Shown here one piece after another: positions 19,894-28,514 of a stretch of DNA of 64,000 bases. Below the pieces are notes generated by a model. It did no database searches, had not been told where the DNA came from, and saw only the letters and a list, made by a program, of their open reading frames with translations. Location of the stretch: NCBI GenBank assembly GCA_963727775.1, contig CAVSHB010000001.1, positions 1,312,001-1,376,000 of the forward strand. The letters run 5' to 3'. Positions within the stretch are counted from its first letter, which is position 1. Each line of letters opens with the position of its first letter. The position numbers and the translations under genes are program-made. The DNA comes from an uncultured Nitrospiraceae bacterium (GTDB lineage Bacteria; Nitrospirota; Thermodesulfovibrionia; Thermodesulfovibrionales; SM23-35).

Positions 19894-21453
19894 TTGTTAT
19901 TTCGTTATTTTTTATTATTATTGGTTTCCTGTTCTATAGTTTGTATTACAGCCTGTTCATCACAGAACCGTTTACAGGGGTATCTCTACTATAGGCTCAA
20001 CACGAATCCGACTACGCTCGATCCCGCTCTCATCGTTGATGTTACGGGAGGTTCTCTATCGGCCAAGCTTTTCAACGGCCTTGTGAGGATTTCTGATGAT
20101 CTGGGCATTATGCCTGATATTGCAGAAAATTGGTCGATGTCCAAAGACGGCTTAGTCTATACCTTTAACCTGAAACGGAACTTGCACTTCTCGAATGGAC
20201 GTGAAGTCAAGGCCGATGATTTTCAGTATTCGTTTCAAAGGATATTGGACCCTGCAAGTAAATCTCCGAATACATGGGTGTTCGAGAAGATACTCGGCGC
20301 TGATGAGTATATGAAAGGGAAGGCGGATGATGTTAAGGGGATAATGGTAACTGATGATTATACCCTGAAGATAAAGCTCAAAAAGCCGTTTTCTCCGTTT
20401 ATCAGGCTTCTGACCATGACTGCCGCATACGTAGTGCCCCGTGAAGAGGTAGAGAAATGGGGCCCGGATTTTTCGAGCCATCCTGTCGGGACAGGACCGT
20501 TTATCATGAGGGAGTGGTTGCCGAACAGGGAAATCCGGCTTGAAAAAAGAGATGGTTATTTTGATGTTCCTGCAAAGGTCAAAGGCATTGTTTACAGAAT
20601 AATACCTGAAGACCTGACAGCGGTAACTGAATTTGATATCGGGAACATTGATGTCCTTACGATTCCTGCGTCCGAATATTCAAGATACAAAAAAGACCCC
20701 GTGAAGCAGGGGCTGATTTTATCCATCAAAGGACTTAATACCTATTATGTAGGTCTTAATTGTTCGAAGCCCCCTTTCAACAACATTAATCTCAGAAAGG
20801 CGATGAATTACGCCATAGACCGCGAGAAGATACTGAACACAATTTATGAAAAACGCGGTAGAACGGCGGCGGGCCCGCTGCCCGATGTCATGAGAGAATG
20901 GGACATGACGGCGCGATATAAATATAATCCCCGGAAGGCAAGAGAGTTGATTATAAAAGAAGGGTTTAACGGAGGGGTAGTTCAATTTTATATTACGACC
21001 GACCAGGAAATTATCGACATAGCGGAAGTAATCCAGGCTTACCTCCGCAATGTCGGGCTTGATGTAAGAATAAAGCAGCTCGAATGGAGCGCATACAAAG
21101 AAGCTGTCAATAAAGGCGAGCCTGACTTGTTCTATCTCAGCTGGTGGGCTGATTATCCTGACCCGGAGAATTTTCTGTTCCCACTGTTTCATTCTTCCAA
21201 CCAAGGGCCTGCCGGGAACAGGACAAGGTATACAAATAAAACCGTTGACACGTTGATAGAAAAGGGCCAAAGCGCGTTGGATGATAAAATGAGACTCCTC
21301 TGTTACAAAAAGGCCGAAGAAATTATAGTTGACGATGCCCCATGGGTTTTTTTATGGCACAGGACGGATTTTACTATAAGACAGCCGTGGATAAAAAACT
21401 ATAAGATATATCCTATCTATAGTATGGATAAAGGGACTGATATATCTTTTTAG
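19894..21453 (+). CDS. Peptide/nickel ABC transporter substrate-binding lipoprotein (DppA/OppA family)
   Basis: Lipobox ITAC, PTTLDPA, PVGTGPF and WWADYPDPENFL. Confidence 0.92.
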   Translation: MLFRYFLLLLVSCSIVCITACSSQNRLQGYLYYRLNTNPTTLDPALIVDVTGGSLSAKLFNGLVRISDDLGIMPDIAENWSMSKDGLVYTFNLKRNLHFSNGREVKADDFQYSFQRILDPASKSPNTWVFEKILGADEYMKGKADDVKGIMVTDDYTLKIKLKKPFSPFIRLLTMTAAYVVPREEVEKWGPDFSSHPVGTGPFIMREWLPNREIRLEKRDGYFDVPAKVKGIVYRIIPEDLTAVTEFDIGNIDVLTIPASEYSRYKKDPVKQGLILSIKGLNTYYVGLNCSKPPFNNINLRKAMNYAIDREKILNTIYEKRGRTAAGPLPDVMREWDMTARYKYNPRKARELIIKEGFNGGVVQFYITTDQEIIDIAEVIQAYLRNVGLDVRIKQLEWSAYKEAVNKGEPDLFYLSWWADYPDPENFLFPLFHSSNQGPAGNRTRYTNKTVDTLIEKGQSALDDKMRLLCYKKAEEIIVDDAPWVFLWHRTDFTIRQPWIKNYKIYPIYSMDKGTDISF

Positions 21454-21603
21454 TGACTTACCTTCCTTCTCGGCAAAGCTTGTTTTACCAAGACATAGAA
21501 GACTTCAGATGAACAATTTGGGCAGTTTAAAAAGTTCTTGATTTTCCGGCGCCGTCCATTGTAATCTGAATTACAGTAATACATATTACGAAATAGGTAT
21601 GAA

Positions 21604-22926
21604 ATGAAATTCTATAACCGAAAAAACGAATTGGCGGAACTGACCAAGCTTTACGATCAGGCCAGCACGTCTGCAAGATTTACCGTCATTACCGGACGCC
21701 GCCGGGTCGGGAAAACCATGCTTGCGCTGGAATTTGCACGCAAACACAAACACCTGTATCTCTTTGTTTCGAAAAAATCAGAGCATCTGCTCTGCATGGA
21801 ATATATTGAAGAGATCAGAAAAAGCTTTTCCATTCCTGTCATAGGAGAGATAAAGACATTCAAAGAGATATTTATGCTGCTTATTGAGTACGCCAGGAAG
21901 GAACGCTTCACGCTGATCATTGATGAATTTCAGGAGTTCTTTAATATCGATCCCTCAGTTTACTCCGACATTCAGCACCTTTGGGATATAAATAAATCAT
22001 CCTGCAGGCTCAACCTAATCTGTATCGGCTCGGTCTATTCCCTTATGCATAAGATTTTCGAGGAATCAAAGGAACCCCTCTTTGGCCGGGCCGACAGGAT
22101 ATTATTTCTCCGACCCTTCTCTATCCGTGATATGTATGCTCTTCTAAGGGACCATGAGCACGCAGACGGCCGGACGCTTTTCGACTGCTTTTCGATAACC
22201 GGAGGGATGCCTAAATACCTCGACATCCTTGCATCAAACGACGTCTTTCAGTTTGACGGCATGGTGGACTTTATTCTTAAGGACAACTCTCCCTTTCTCA
22301 ATGAGGGCAGGAGCCTTCTTGTCGAAGAATTCGGCAAAGAATACGGCACATACTTTTCGATTATGGAACTGATCGCTTCCGGCAAGACTGCCAGAACAGA
22401 GATTGAATCTGTACTCGAAATACATGCGGGAGCATATCTGGCAAAGCTTGAAACCGATTACGCGCTCATCGCAAAGCTCAAACCCATAAATGCCAAACCC
22501 AACTCACGACTTCAAAAGTATCGCATCATTGATAATTTTCTTGGCTTCTGGTTCCGTTTCATATTCAAAAACCGTTCTGCAGTTGAGACAGGTAATTTCA
22601 GCTATATCAGGGAAATCATCAATCGGGACTATTCCACCTATGCCGGACGCATCCTTGAGAGTTTCTACCAGCAAGTCTTTGCTGAGTCCGGCAGATATAA
22701 CCGGATCGGCACATACTGGGAAAGAGGAAATCAGAACGAGATTGACCTTGTAGCTGTAAACGACTTAAGAAAAGAAGTCGTCTTTGGCGATATCAAGCTT
22801 GACTCTTATAGGATCAACCTGAAGGCTTTAAAAGAAAAAGCGTTAAAGCTGTCAGAAGAATATAAAGGTTATAAAAAAGAATGGCTGGGATTGCATATAC
22901 AAAATATCAGGGAGTTTCTTAAATAA
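21604..22926 (+). CDS. Archaeal-type AAA ATPase with C-terminal DUF234 nuclease-like domain
   Basis: FYNRKNEL, Walker A GRRRVGKT, Walker B IIDEFQ, TGGMPKY, DNFLGFWFRF and YW...NEIDLV. Confidence 0.88.
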   Translation: MKFYNRKNELAELTKLYDQASTSARFTVITGRRRVGKTMLALEFARKHKHLYLFVSKKSEHLLCMEYIEEIRKSFSIPVIGEIKTFKEIFMLLIEYARKERFTLIIDEFQEFFNIDPSVYSDIQHLWDINKSSCRLNLICIGSVYSLMHKIFEESKEPLFGRADRILFLRPFSIRDMYALLRDHEHADGRTLFDCFSITGGMPKYLDILASNDVFQFDGMVDFILKDNSPFLNEGRSLLVEEFGKEYGTYFSIMELIASGKTARTEIESVLEIHAGAYLAKLETDYALIAKLKPINAKPNSRLQKYRIIDNFLGFWFRFIFKNRSAVETGNFSYIREIINRDYSTYAGRILESFYQQVFAESGRYNRIGTYWERGNQNEIDLVAVNDLRKEVVFGDIKLDSYRINLKALKEKALKLSEEYKGYKKEWLGLHIQNIREFLK

Positions 22927-23031
22927 GGACTGAATGCTTAATGAAAGCAGGATTGAACAATTATGCAGAGTGATTGCGGATTATCCAAAGTCATATCCGG
23001 CGCTGCCGATCCCAAATTAATTTGCGTCTAT

Positions 23032-23050
23032 AAATAGCCTGTCCCCTTTA
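23032..23050 (-). repeat. GGGGACAG-type short repeat end (REP/STIR-like)
   Basis: The minus strand reads AAAGGGGACAGGCTATTT between two convergent accessory genes. Confidence 0.4.
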
Positions 23051-23116
23051 CCATTAATCAATCGTTTGTATCTCTGTAAATGTCAATGGTCAAGTCCGCC
23101 CCATCATCTACTGGCA

Positions 23117-25771
23117 TCATTGACTATGGAGAAGGCTATGGTATTGAAACATTCCCAGACAGTATGCATCGCGAAAAGGAAAGTTGACTTGAGACCCCTT
23201 TAGCGCTTCGCATCGTTTACTCCGCACTTCTTTATCCGATATTTGCTCAAGGAGTTCAATCGCCCTTTCTTTCGTTAATTCATACATATCCACAAGCGCA
23301 ATAATAAATGCTTGATCCGCCTTGTGCCGCTCTGCCAGTCTCTCATAGAATAGTGACGAAAATATGTACCCGACTATCTCGGGCTCATTCCATTGAGTTG
23401 CTACTACAGCGCATCGGCGGTTTAGGAGAAAAACTGAGGATAATCCTATCTTCTCATTTGTCAAGAATCCTTTAAAATAGTTTCTATTACTTGTAGTCCC
23501 GGTATTGCATCCGTTCAATACTACCAGTTTGAATTGTAGTTTATGTGCCTCTCTCTGGACGGATTCCAGCCATACGCCATTCTTTGTCTCATCAGTTGAA
23601 GTTGATACAAAAAATGGGTCAGTGAATGCATTCGCTGGCATGCTATGAGTTGCCAAGTGCAAATGGTGGGCTGAATTTGCAGGCGGCTTTGAGAAGTCAG
23701 CTTCTTCATGTTGAAGGTCGATTTCAAAGTAATCTTGACCAGCAAATGTTTTTTTGACGAGAGCTTTCTCTGGTTCAACCAATTCTAGAAATTTCACACT
23801 GTAAGAAACAAACAAGCTGGGTCCAGTGATTAAAGAATCTGTTGACTCTTCCCTGAGTGCCGGACATGTCCTAAAAACAAATCCTCCTTCTTTTATGCGT
23901 GACCTAAGCTGTTCGTTCGCAAGGATCGCGGGTAAAATGGGAACTCCTTCCGAAAGGGGGTCTGGCATAAACACAAGTTCCGATATTGAACTATTTTTTA
24001 GAACATCCACAATAATGGTCATTATTGGCTCTATACTCTTTTGCAGCTTGTTCAGCTGGGCATGAAAGGTGCTTCGGTCCGCATTGCCCCTCTGGTATTC
24101 ATGGAGCACCTTGGAAAATTGCCATAAGTTATCTAGTGGTATATCGTTCCTGAAGTATTTTCCTTCTGCAAGGAAAACGAAAACACAACCTTCCTTGCGT
24201 GCGAAAGAAAAGAGAAAGGCCGATTCGGACAAAAGCCGTTGGCTTAGCATGTTGACACCATTCAGTAGGGATGCTCCTTCGAACGGTAATGGATAAGAAT
24301 AGTCCTGACAAATTTGAGCGGTCAAATCATTGAACTCACGCCAAGGGAGGCTATAATCCAGTCCTCTTGCTACTTGTTCACCCAATTTCTCTGTAATTTC
24401 TCCGTCCGCAAGCTGAAACGGGTCATCATATTTTTCCCTAAAACCATACATGAATGGTGTTCCATGCCGTATCAAATTCTCCCTCTTGGCTGACAGTTCT
24501 TCCTTTACTGTGGCGGGAACTATTCCTGATTGCAGGATAAGTTCGATCCATTCCAGAACAGAAAACCAGTCATGGAGTGCATTTGAATTACAAAGCACAA
24601 GCGCATGCAGTACATCTTCAGCAACGCCCGACGCCTGCATGCTCAGCAGCATAGATTTAATTCGAGGGACATATCGTTCGCGAATACCTCGTCTATAATG
24701 CAGACGCTGATATTGATCAATCTGGCACTGTATTTCGATACATGCTTCCTTAAGGTGAGCAGTCCCTAGTAATAATTTATTAATACTAAAGCATGTCTTC
24801 GCCATAATAAGCCACGCCTCAATTCGTGTCTCAAGATCACATTGTGAAATGTTCAATTCAATTTGAGGCAATAAATCTTCAATGGCATTTATATCACCTA
24901 ATTCTCTATAACATACGAGAAGATTGGTCTTTATCTCGTTCTTCTGTGAAGGCTGTAATACATCCTCGTAGTCATTAAGTAACTCCGTATATATATCCTT
25001 TGCTGCCCCATATTCGTCCTTCCGTAATTTAATGAGCGCTGTATTTGATATCAATTCAACAGAAGGTGTTTCACCGATTGCTTTGTAAATCCCAAAGCAT
25101 TTCTGAAACTCAGCCTCTGCACACGACAGGTCTCCTTCTATCAGCGCTACCATTCCTTGCGTTTCAAGTATTCGCATCTGCAAGTTAACCAATTTGTGGC
25201 TGAGTGCAATCTGTCGAGCGTCATGGAGGGCTCGATAAGCGGATTGGAATGCCGCAGCATCTGCGAAGTACGATGCTGCAGCGCACAATGCTTCAATAGT
25301 GTCCTTGGGCTTTCCCAAAGTGTTAAAGAAGTCCGTTATTTGAGTAAGAAAATATGGTGCTTCATCAAGAGGCATTTGATTAGATGCAAAAAGCCGAAAG
25401 ACGTTTTGGGATAATGAGTAACCAGCCTCATAATGCCTGTTCTTCCGACAGAATGCAATGCCTTCTGTAAAGATAAATTTGGATTCTGGGATGTTATTTT
25501 GACAGATGGCTGCAATCATGCTGGTATTGTAATTATATGCCAGAAGGAGATTACGCTTTTTCCGGGTAAGCTTAGCAAAAAAAATCGAGTTGAGTCGGCA
25601 AATGCGCCCGACATCCACAGGATGCTCATCAACCGCTTTCAGTAATTCGTCATCAAGCTCGTCTACCTTGTATAAGGCATCCTTCTCCTTCAAAAGGGTG
25701 CCAATGTAAATTGTGTAATCTTTATCAGATAAGCTGAGTATTTCCTCAATGGATTTTGTTAAGTTTTGCAT
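23117..25771 (-). CDS. TPR-repeat protein with C-terminal CHAT (caspase-like) protease domain
   Basis: Helical TPR-like N-half, then LVFMPD..LP, HLATHS (His), LVVLNGCNTG (Cys) and VVATQW. ATG 25771 chosen (track starts at TTG 25804). Confidence 0.8.
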   Translation of the reverse strand: MQNLTKSIEEILSLSDKDYTIYIGTLLKEKDALYKVDELDDELLKAVDEHPVDVGRICRLNSIFFAKLTRKKRNLLLAYNYNTSMIAAICQNNIPESKFIFTEGIAFCRKNRHYEAGYSLSQNVFRLFASNQMPLDEAPYFLTQITDFFNTLGKPKDTIEALCAAASYFADAAAFQSAYRALHDARQIALSHKLVNLQMRILETQGMVALIEGDLSCAEAEFQKCFGIYKAIGETPSVELISNTALIKLRKDEYGAAKDIYTELLNDYEDVLQPSQKNEIKTNLLVCYRELGDINAIEDLLPQIELNISQCDLETRIEAWLIMAKTCFSINKLLLGTAHLKEACIEIQCQIDQYQRLHYRRGIRERYVPRIKSMLLSMQASGVAEDVLHALVLCNSNALHDWFSVLEWIELILQSGIVPATVKEELSAKRENLIRHGTPFMYGFREKYDDPFQLADGEITEKLGEQVARGLDYSLPWREFNDLTAQICQDYSYPLPFEGASLLNGVNMLSQRLLSESAFLFSFARKEGCVFVFLAEGKYFRNDIPLDNLWQFSKVLHEYQRGNADRSTFHAQLNKLQKSIEPIMTIIVDVLKNSSISELVFMPDPLSEGVPILPAILANEQLRSRIKEGGFVFRTCPALREESTDSLITGPSLFVSYSVKFLELVEPEKALVKKTFAGQDYFEIDLQHEEADFSKPPANSAHHLHLATHSMPANAFTDPFFVSTSTDETKNGVWLESVQREAHKLQFKLVVLNGCNTGTTSNRNYFKGFLTNEKIGLSSVFLLNRRCAVVATQWNEPEIVGYIFSSLFYERLAERHKADQAFIIALVDMYELTKERAIELLEQISDKEVRSKRCEALKGSQVNFPFRDAYCLGMFQYHSLLHSQ

Positions 25772-25810
25772 TTCCCCATTTTTCGCTCCACCCAGTCCAG
25801 TCAAGCCCCT

Positions 25811-26213
25811 CTATTTGCTATTTTGTCCAAAGTCCTTATCCATTCTGGCCAGCGCAAGGAATGCCTGTGAAATTTATAATTGATACACCCTGCGGTCTCT
25901 GCCGCAGGGTTCTTCACTCTATGGTTTTGTTGTCCAGCTTTTTGCCCTTCTTATTTTCAACAATGTAATCGTAAAGCTGCTCATCCTTGACGCAGTGGAC
26001 ATAACCGGTCGTGCCCCATTTTGCCTCGACGTAAGCTGAGGGGAAAGCAAATACGCCCTGAATGTAAGGATCAAGAGACGAGAGAACATTGATCTTCTCC
26101 TTGATGCTCATTATCCTCCGTGTGAGGTTCTTGATCTCTGGTTTTTGAGTCGCCTTTCCGTTCAAAAGAAGCTCGCCGTTGCCATCGGAAGCTACGACAC
26201 CTTTCCAATTCTT
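25811..26213 (-). pseudogene. Fragmented NERD-like nuclease-domain gene
   Basis: KNWKGVVASDGNGELLLNGK...QGVFAFPSAYV lacks an N-terminus. The frame stops at a palindromic insert and a C-terminal-like piece ISQAFLALARMDKDFGQNSK* follows in another frame. Confidence 0.6.
25875..25917 (-). mobile_element. About 43-bp palindromic insertion (IS200/IS605-end/PATE-like)
   Basis: Perfect 9-bp stem ACCCTGCGG-N6-CCGCAGGGT (25887-25910) at the point where the NERD-like frame breaks. Confidence 0.5.
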
Positions 26214-26225
26214 TGAGGAATTACT

Positions 26226-26323
26226 CAGGGTCAAACCTTCATTGTTCATTTAAAGAAACGAAAAGATAGAAATAGAAAATTTGAAGATCAAGATACTCAA
26301 TGAAGAATGAAGGTTTGACCCTG
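26226..26323. mobile_element. 98-bp miniature inverted-repeat element
   Basis: 25-bp terminal inverted repeats with 24/25 identity (CAGGGTCAAACCTTCATTGTTCATT and AATGAAGAATGAAGGTTTGACCCTG) around an A-rich 48-bp spacer. Confidence 0.7.
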
Positions 26324-26334
26324 GATGTCTTTTC

Positions 26335-26472
26335 CTGGGGGATAGATAATGTCCACTGATATCCGGGCTTTGTCATCATTACATGAGAGCCTTTTTGACG
26401 GACGGCGGTCCAGCCTGCTTTTTGAAATTTTCGGACTGCTTCAGAGCCGGAGCAGAGCTTTAATTGCCCCAT
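26335..26472 (-). pseudogene. hicA: Truncated HicA toxin
   Basis: MGQLKLCSGSEAVRKFQKAGWTAVRQKGSHVMMTKPG...LSIPQ, after which HicA resemblance stops at the inverted-repeat element. TAATG overlap with the hicB stop. Confidence 0.8.
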
Positions 26473-26560
26473 TAAACAGCAACTTCGATAAGTCTGGAAG
26501 GATCAGGGGATCGTTTGGATTCCATTACCTCAAGCCATCCTTCAATGGCTTCTTTGATAT

Positions 26561-27684
26561 TAAACATAACGACATAATAGTTGCCGCATAAATATGCTAT
26601 CATATAGCCATATCCCTTATAAGGAGGTGGCAATGCGGAAACTGATAATTGGAGATGCTGAGTTGATGCAAATTGCAATTCGCCAGGAAATAGATCGAAC
26701 AGATGAGTCGCGTTATGATCATCGTCTTCACGGAGTGCTTCTGGTTGCAAGTAATCACACATGCACCGAAGTAGCGAGATTGTTCGGTGAGGATCGCCGG
26801 ACGATCCAGCGGTGGGTCAAAAAGTTCGAAACGGGTGGCTTTGATGGTCTTCGAGAGGGAGATCATCCTGGCCGACCGGACAGGCTTGACGAGAGGCAGT
26901 GGGAGTCTGTAGCTGCTGACCTGCGAAAAAATCCTCGCGATTTTAGACATGGGCAAAACCTTTGGGATGGCAAAATGCTGAGTGAACATTTGAAACAGCG
27001 CTATCATGTTAAGCTTGGTGTGCGACAATGCCAACGTATGTTCAGCAAACTTGGGTTTCGACTGCGTAAGCCAAGACCTCAGGTAGCCCAAGCCGATCCC
27101 GTTAAGATCGATGTTTTTAAAAAAACTGCGGCGCCTGGCAAGAAAAAAGGACATTGAGATATGGAGTCTGGACGAATGCCATTTCCAGCAGCACGGCACA
27201 CGAAGCCGAATGTGGGTACCACCCGAAACAAAAGACCCGATATTGTACCATGCGCCTACTCGCAAATCGGTAGCGTGCTTCGGTGCGGTCAACATGAACA
27301 CTGGCAAGTTCGTTCGAACCATTTGCGACAAGTTCAACGCAGAAACATTCGAGCTTTTTCTGAAACAATTATTGCGACACCGAACACGCGGCAAACGGAT
27401 GGTGATCATCCTGGACAATGCCCGATACCACCATGCGGTGCTGCTTGTTCCATTATTGGAAAAATATCGCAGCATTCTGAGATTGGTGTTTCTGCCGCCA
27501 TACAGCCCGCAACTTGCTCCAATCGAGAGAGTATGGAAGCTTGCCAGGCGCATTGCAACACACAACCAATACTTTGTAACGTTGAGCATGTTGATAGAGG
27601 TCGTCGAATCATGTTTCGACCAATGGAAAAAACCAAACCGGATTCTGACAAGATTATGCGGCATAACTTAAGTCGCTATGTTTA
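26561..27684 (+). mobile_element. IS630-family insertion sequence (coordinates include both TA dinucleotides)
   Basis: Ends TAAACATAACGAC and GTCGCTATGTTTA are inverted repeats, with a TA target duplication and a DDE transposase inside. Confidence 0.93.
26633..27671 (+). CDS. IS630 transposase in two overlapping frames (HTH ORF 26633-27157, DDE ORF 27111-27671)
   Basis: HTH region RTIQRWVKKF and catalytic LDE, LDNARYH, LPPYSPQLAPIERVW. A T5A7 run lies at the frame junction. Confidence 0.9.
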
Positions 27685-27940
27685 GTAATGGCTTCTTCAT
27701 AAGTCTTTCCCTGAGAAAGACATCCAGGGAGTGCCGGCACTTCAACTACATAATAGCCGGCCTCATCTTTTTCTATGACTACATTTACTTTCATCTTTTT
27801 TCCTTTAGCAGATACGCTCTATCTAAACCTTACCATATGCATAATTTTTATGTCAAAAAACATCCTGACAAATAATAATGATTTGACTTAAACAGAAATC
27901 ATTGCTATTCTATAATAAAGAATACAATAGGCACACGTTT

Positions 27941-28219
27941 ATGAAATATTTTGACTGGAATGATGAGAAGAATGAAGTGCTTAAGAAAACACGGGGCGTA
28001 TCTTTTGAACAGGTTGAATTGGCAATAGCGTTGGGAGATTTGATCGACCGAGTAAAACATCCGAATTCAGCAAAATATCCGAATCAGAGAGTTTTTCTTG
28101 TTAAGATCGACAATTATATTTATTCAGTGCCCTATGTTGAGGATAACGAAAAAATATTCTTAAAAACGATAATACCAAACGGCAAAGCAACCAAAAAATA
28201 TTTTGGAGGCAAAAAATGA
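27941..28219 (+). CDS. BrnT-like toxin
   Basis: FDWNDEKN..LKKTRGVSFE, HPN..KYPNQ and FLKTIIP motifs. Confidence 0.82.
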   Translation: MKYFDWNDEKNEVLKKTRGVSFEQVELAIALGDLIDRVKHPNSAKYPNQRVFLVKIDNYIYSVPYVEDNEKIFLKTIIPNGKATKKYFGGKK

Positions 28220-28494
28220 AAAAGGCAACATATTTGGATAAAGACGAGATGGAGTTAGCAAGATCACTTGAAAATGAAGAATGGGTATCCGATCTTACCA
28301 GGAAGGAAAAGAAACAATACGAGGAATATGCACGCTATAGTCTCAATAAACAAAAGAGGATAAACATCCGAATGAGTGAGCGAGATTTAAAGAAAATCAG
28401 GGCGAAGGCAATTGAAGAGGGCATTCCGTATCAGTCCCTTATCTCGATGCTGATTCACAAATACAACGAAGGCAAAGTATCAATTAGCAGATAA
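28216..28494 (+). CDS. Antitoxin with ribbon-helix-helix (CopG/BrnA-like) C-terminus
   Basis: ATGA overlap with the toxin. KRINIRMSERDL..IRAKA..EGIPYQSLI. Confidence 0.82.
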   Translation: MKKATYLDKDEMELARSLENEEWVSDLTRKEKKQYEEYARYSLNKQKRINIRMSERDLKKIRAKAIEEGIPYQSLISMLIHKYNEGKVSISR

Positions 28495-28514
28495 AGGAAA
28501 TGGAGTGATTTCCA

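Larger units (their letters stand above)
26472..27794 (-). pseudogene. hicB: HicB antitoxin interrupted by IS630
   Basis: Removing the IS and one TA restores MKVNVVIEKDEAGYYVVEVPALPGCLSQGKTYEEAITNIKEAIEGWLEVMESKRSPDPSRLIEVAV*. Confidence 0.9.

Noticed and set aside
26319..26332. 14-bp inverted match (CCCTGGATGTCTTT) to hicB sequence near 27716-27729, suggesting a larger composite element
   Set aside because: The second copy is ordinary HicB coding sequence (PGCL) and there is no target duplication. Probably chance, though not excluded.
26600..27664. 354-aa minus-strand ORF
   Set aside because: Antisense shadow of the IS630 transposase with no recognisable motifs.
21454..28500. Integron cassette array
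   Set aside because: No intI and no convincing attC sites. The TAAC-containing end at 26561 is the IS630 inverted repeat.
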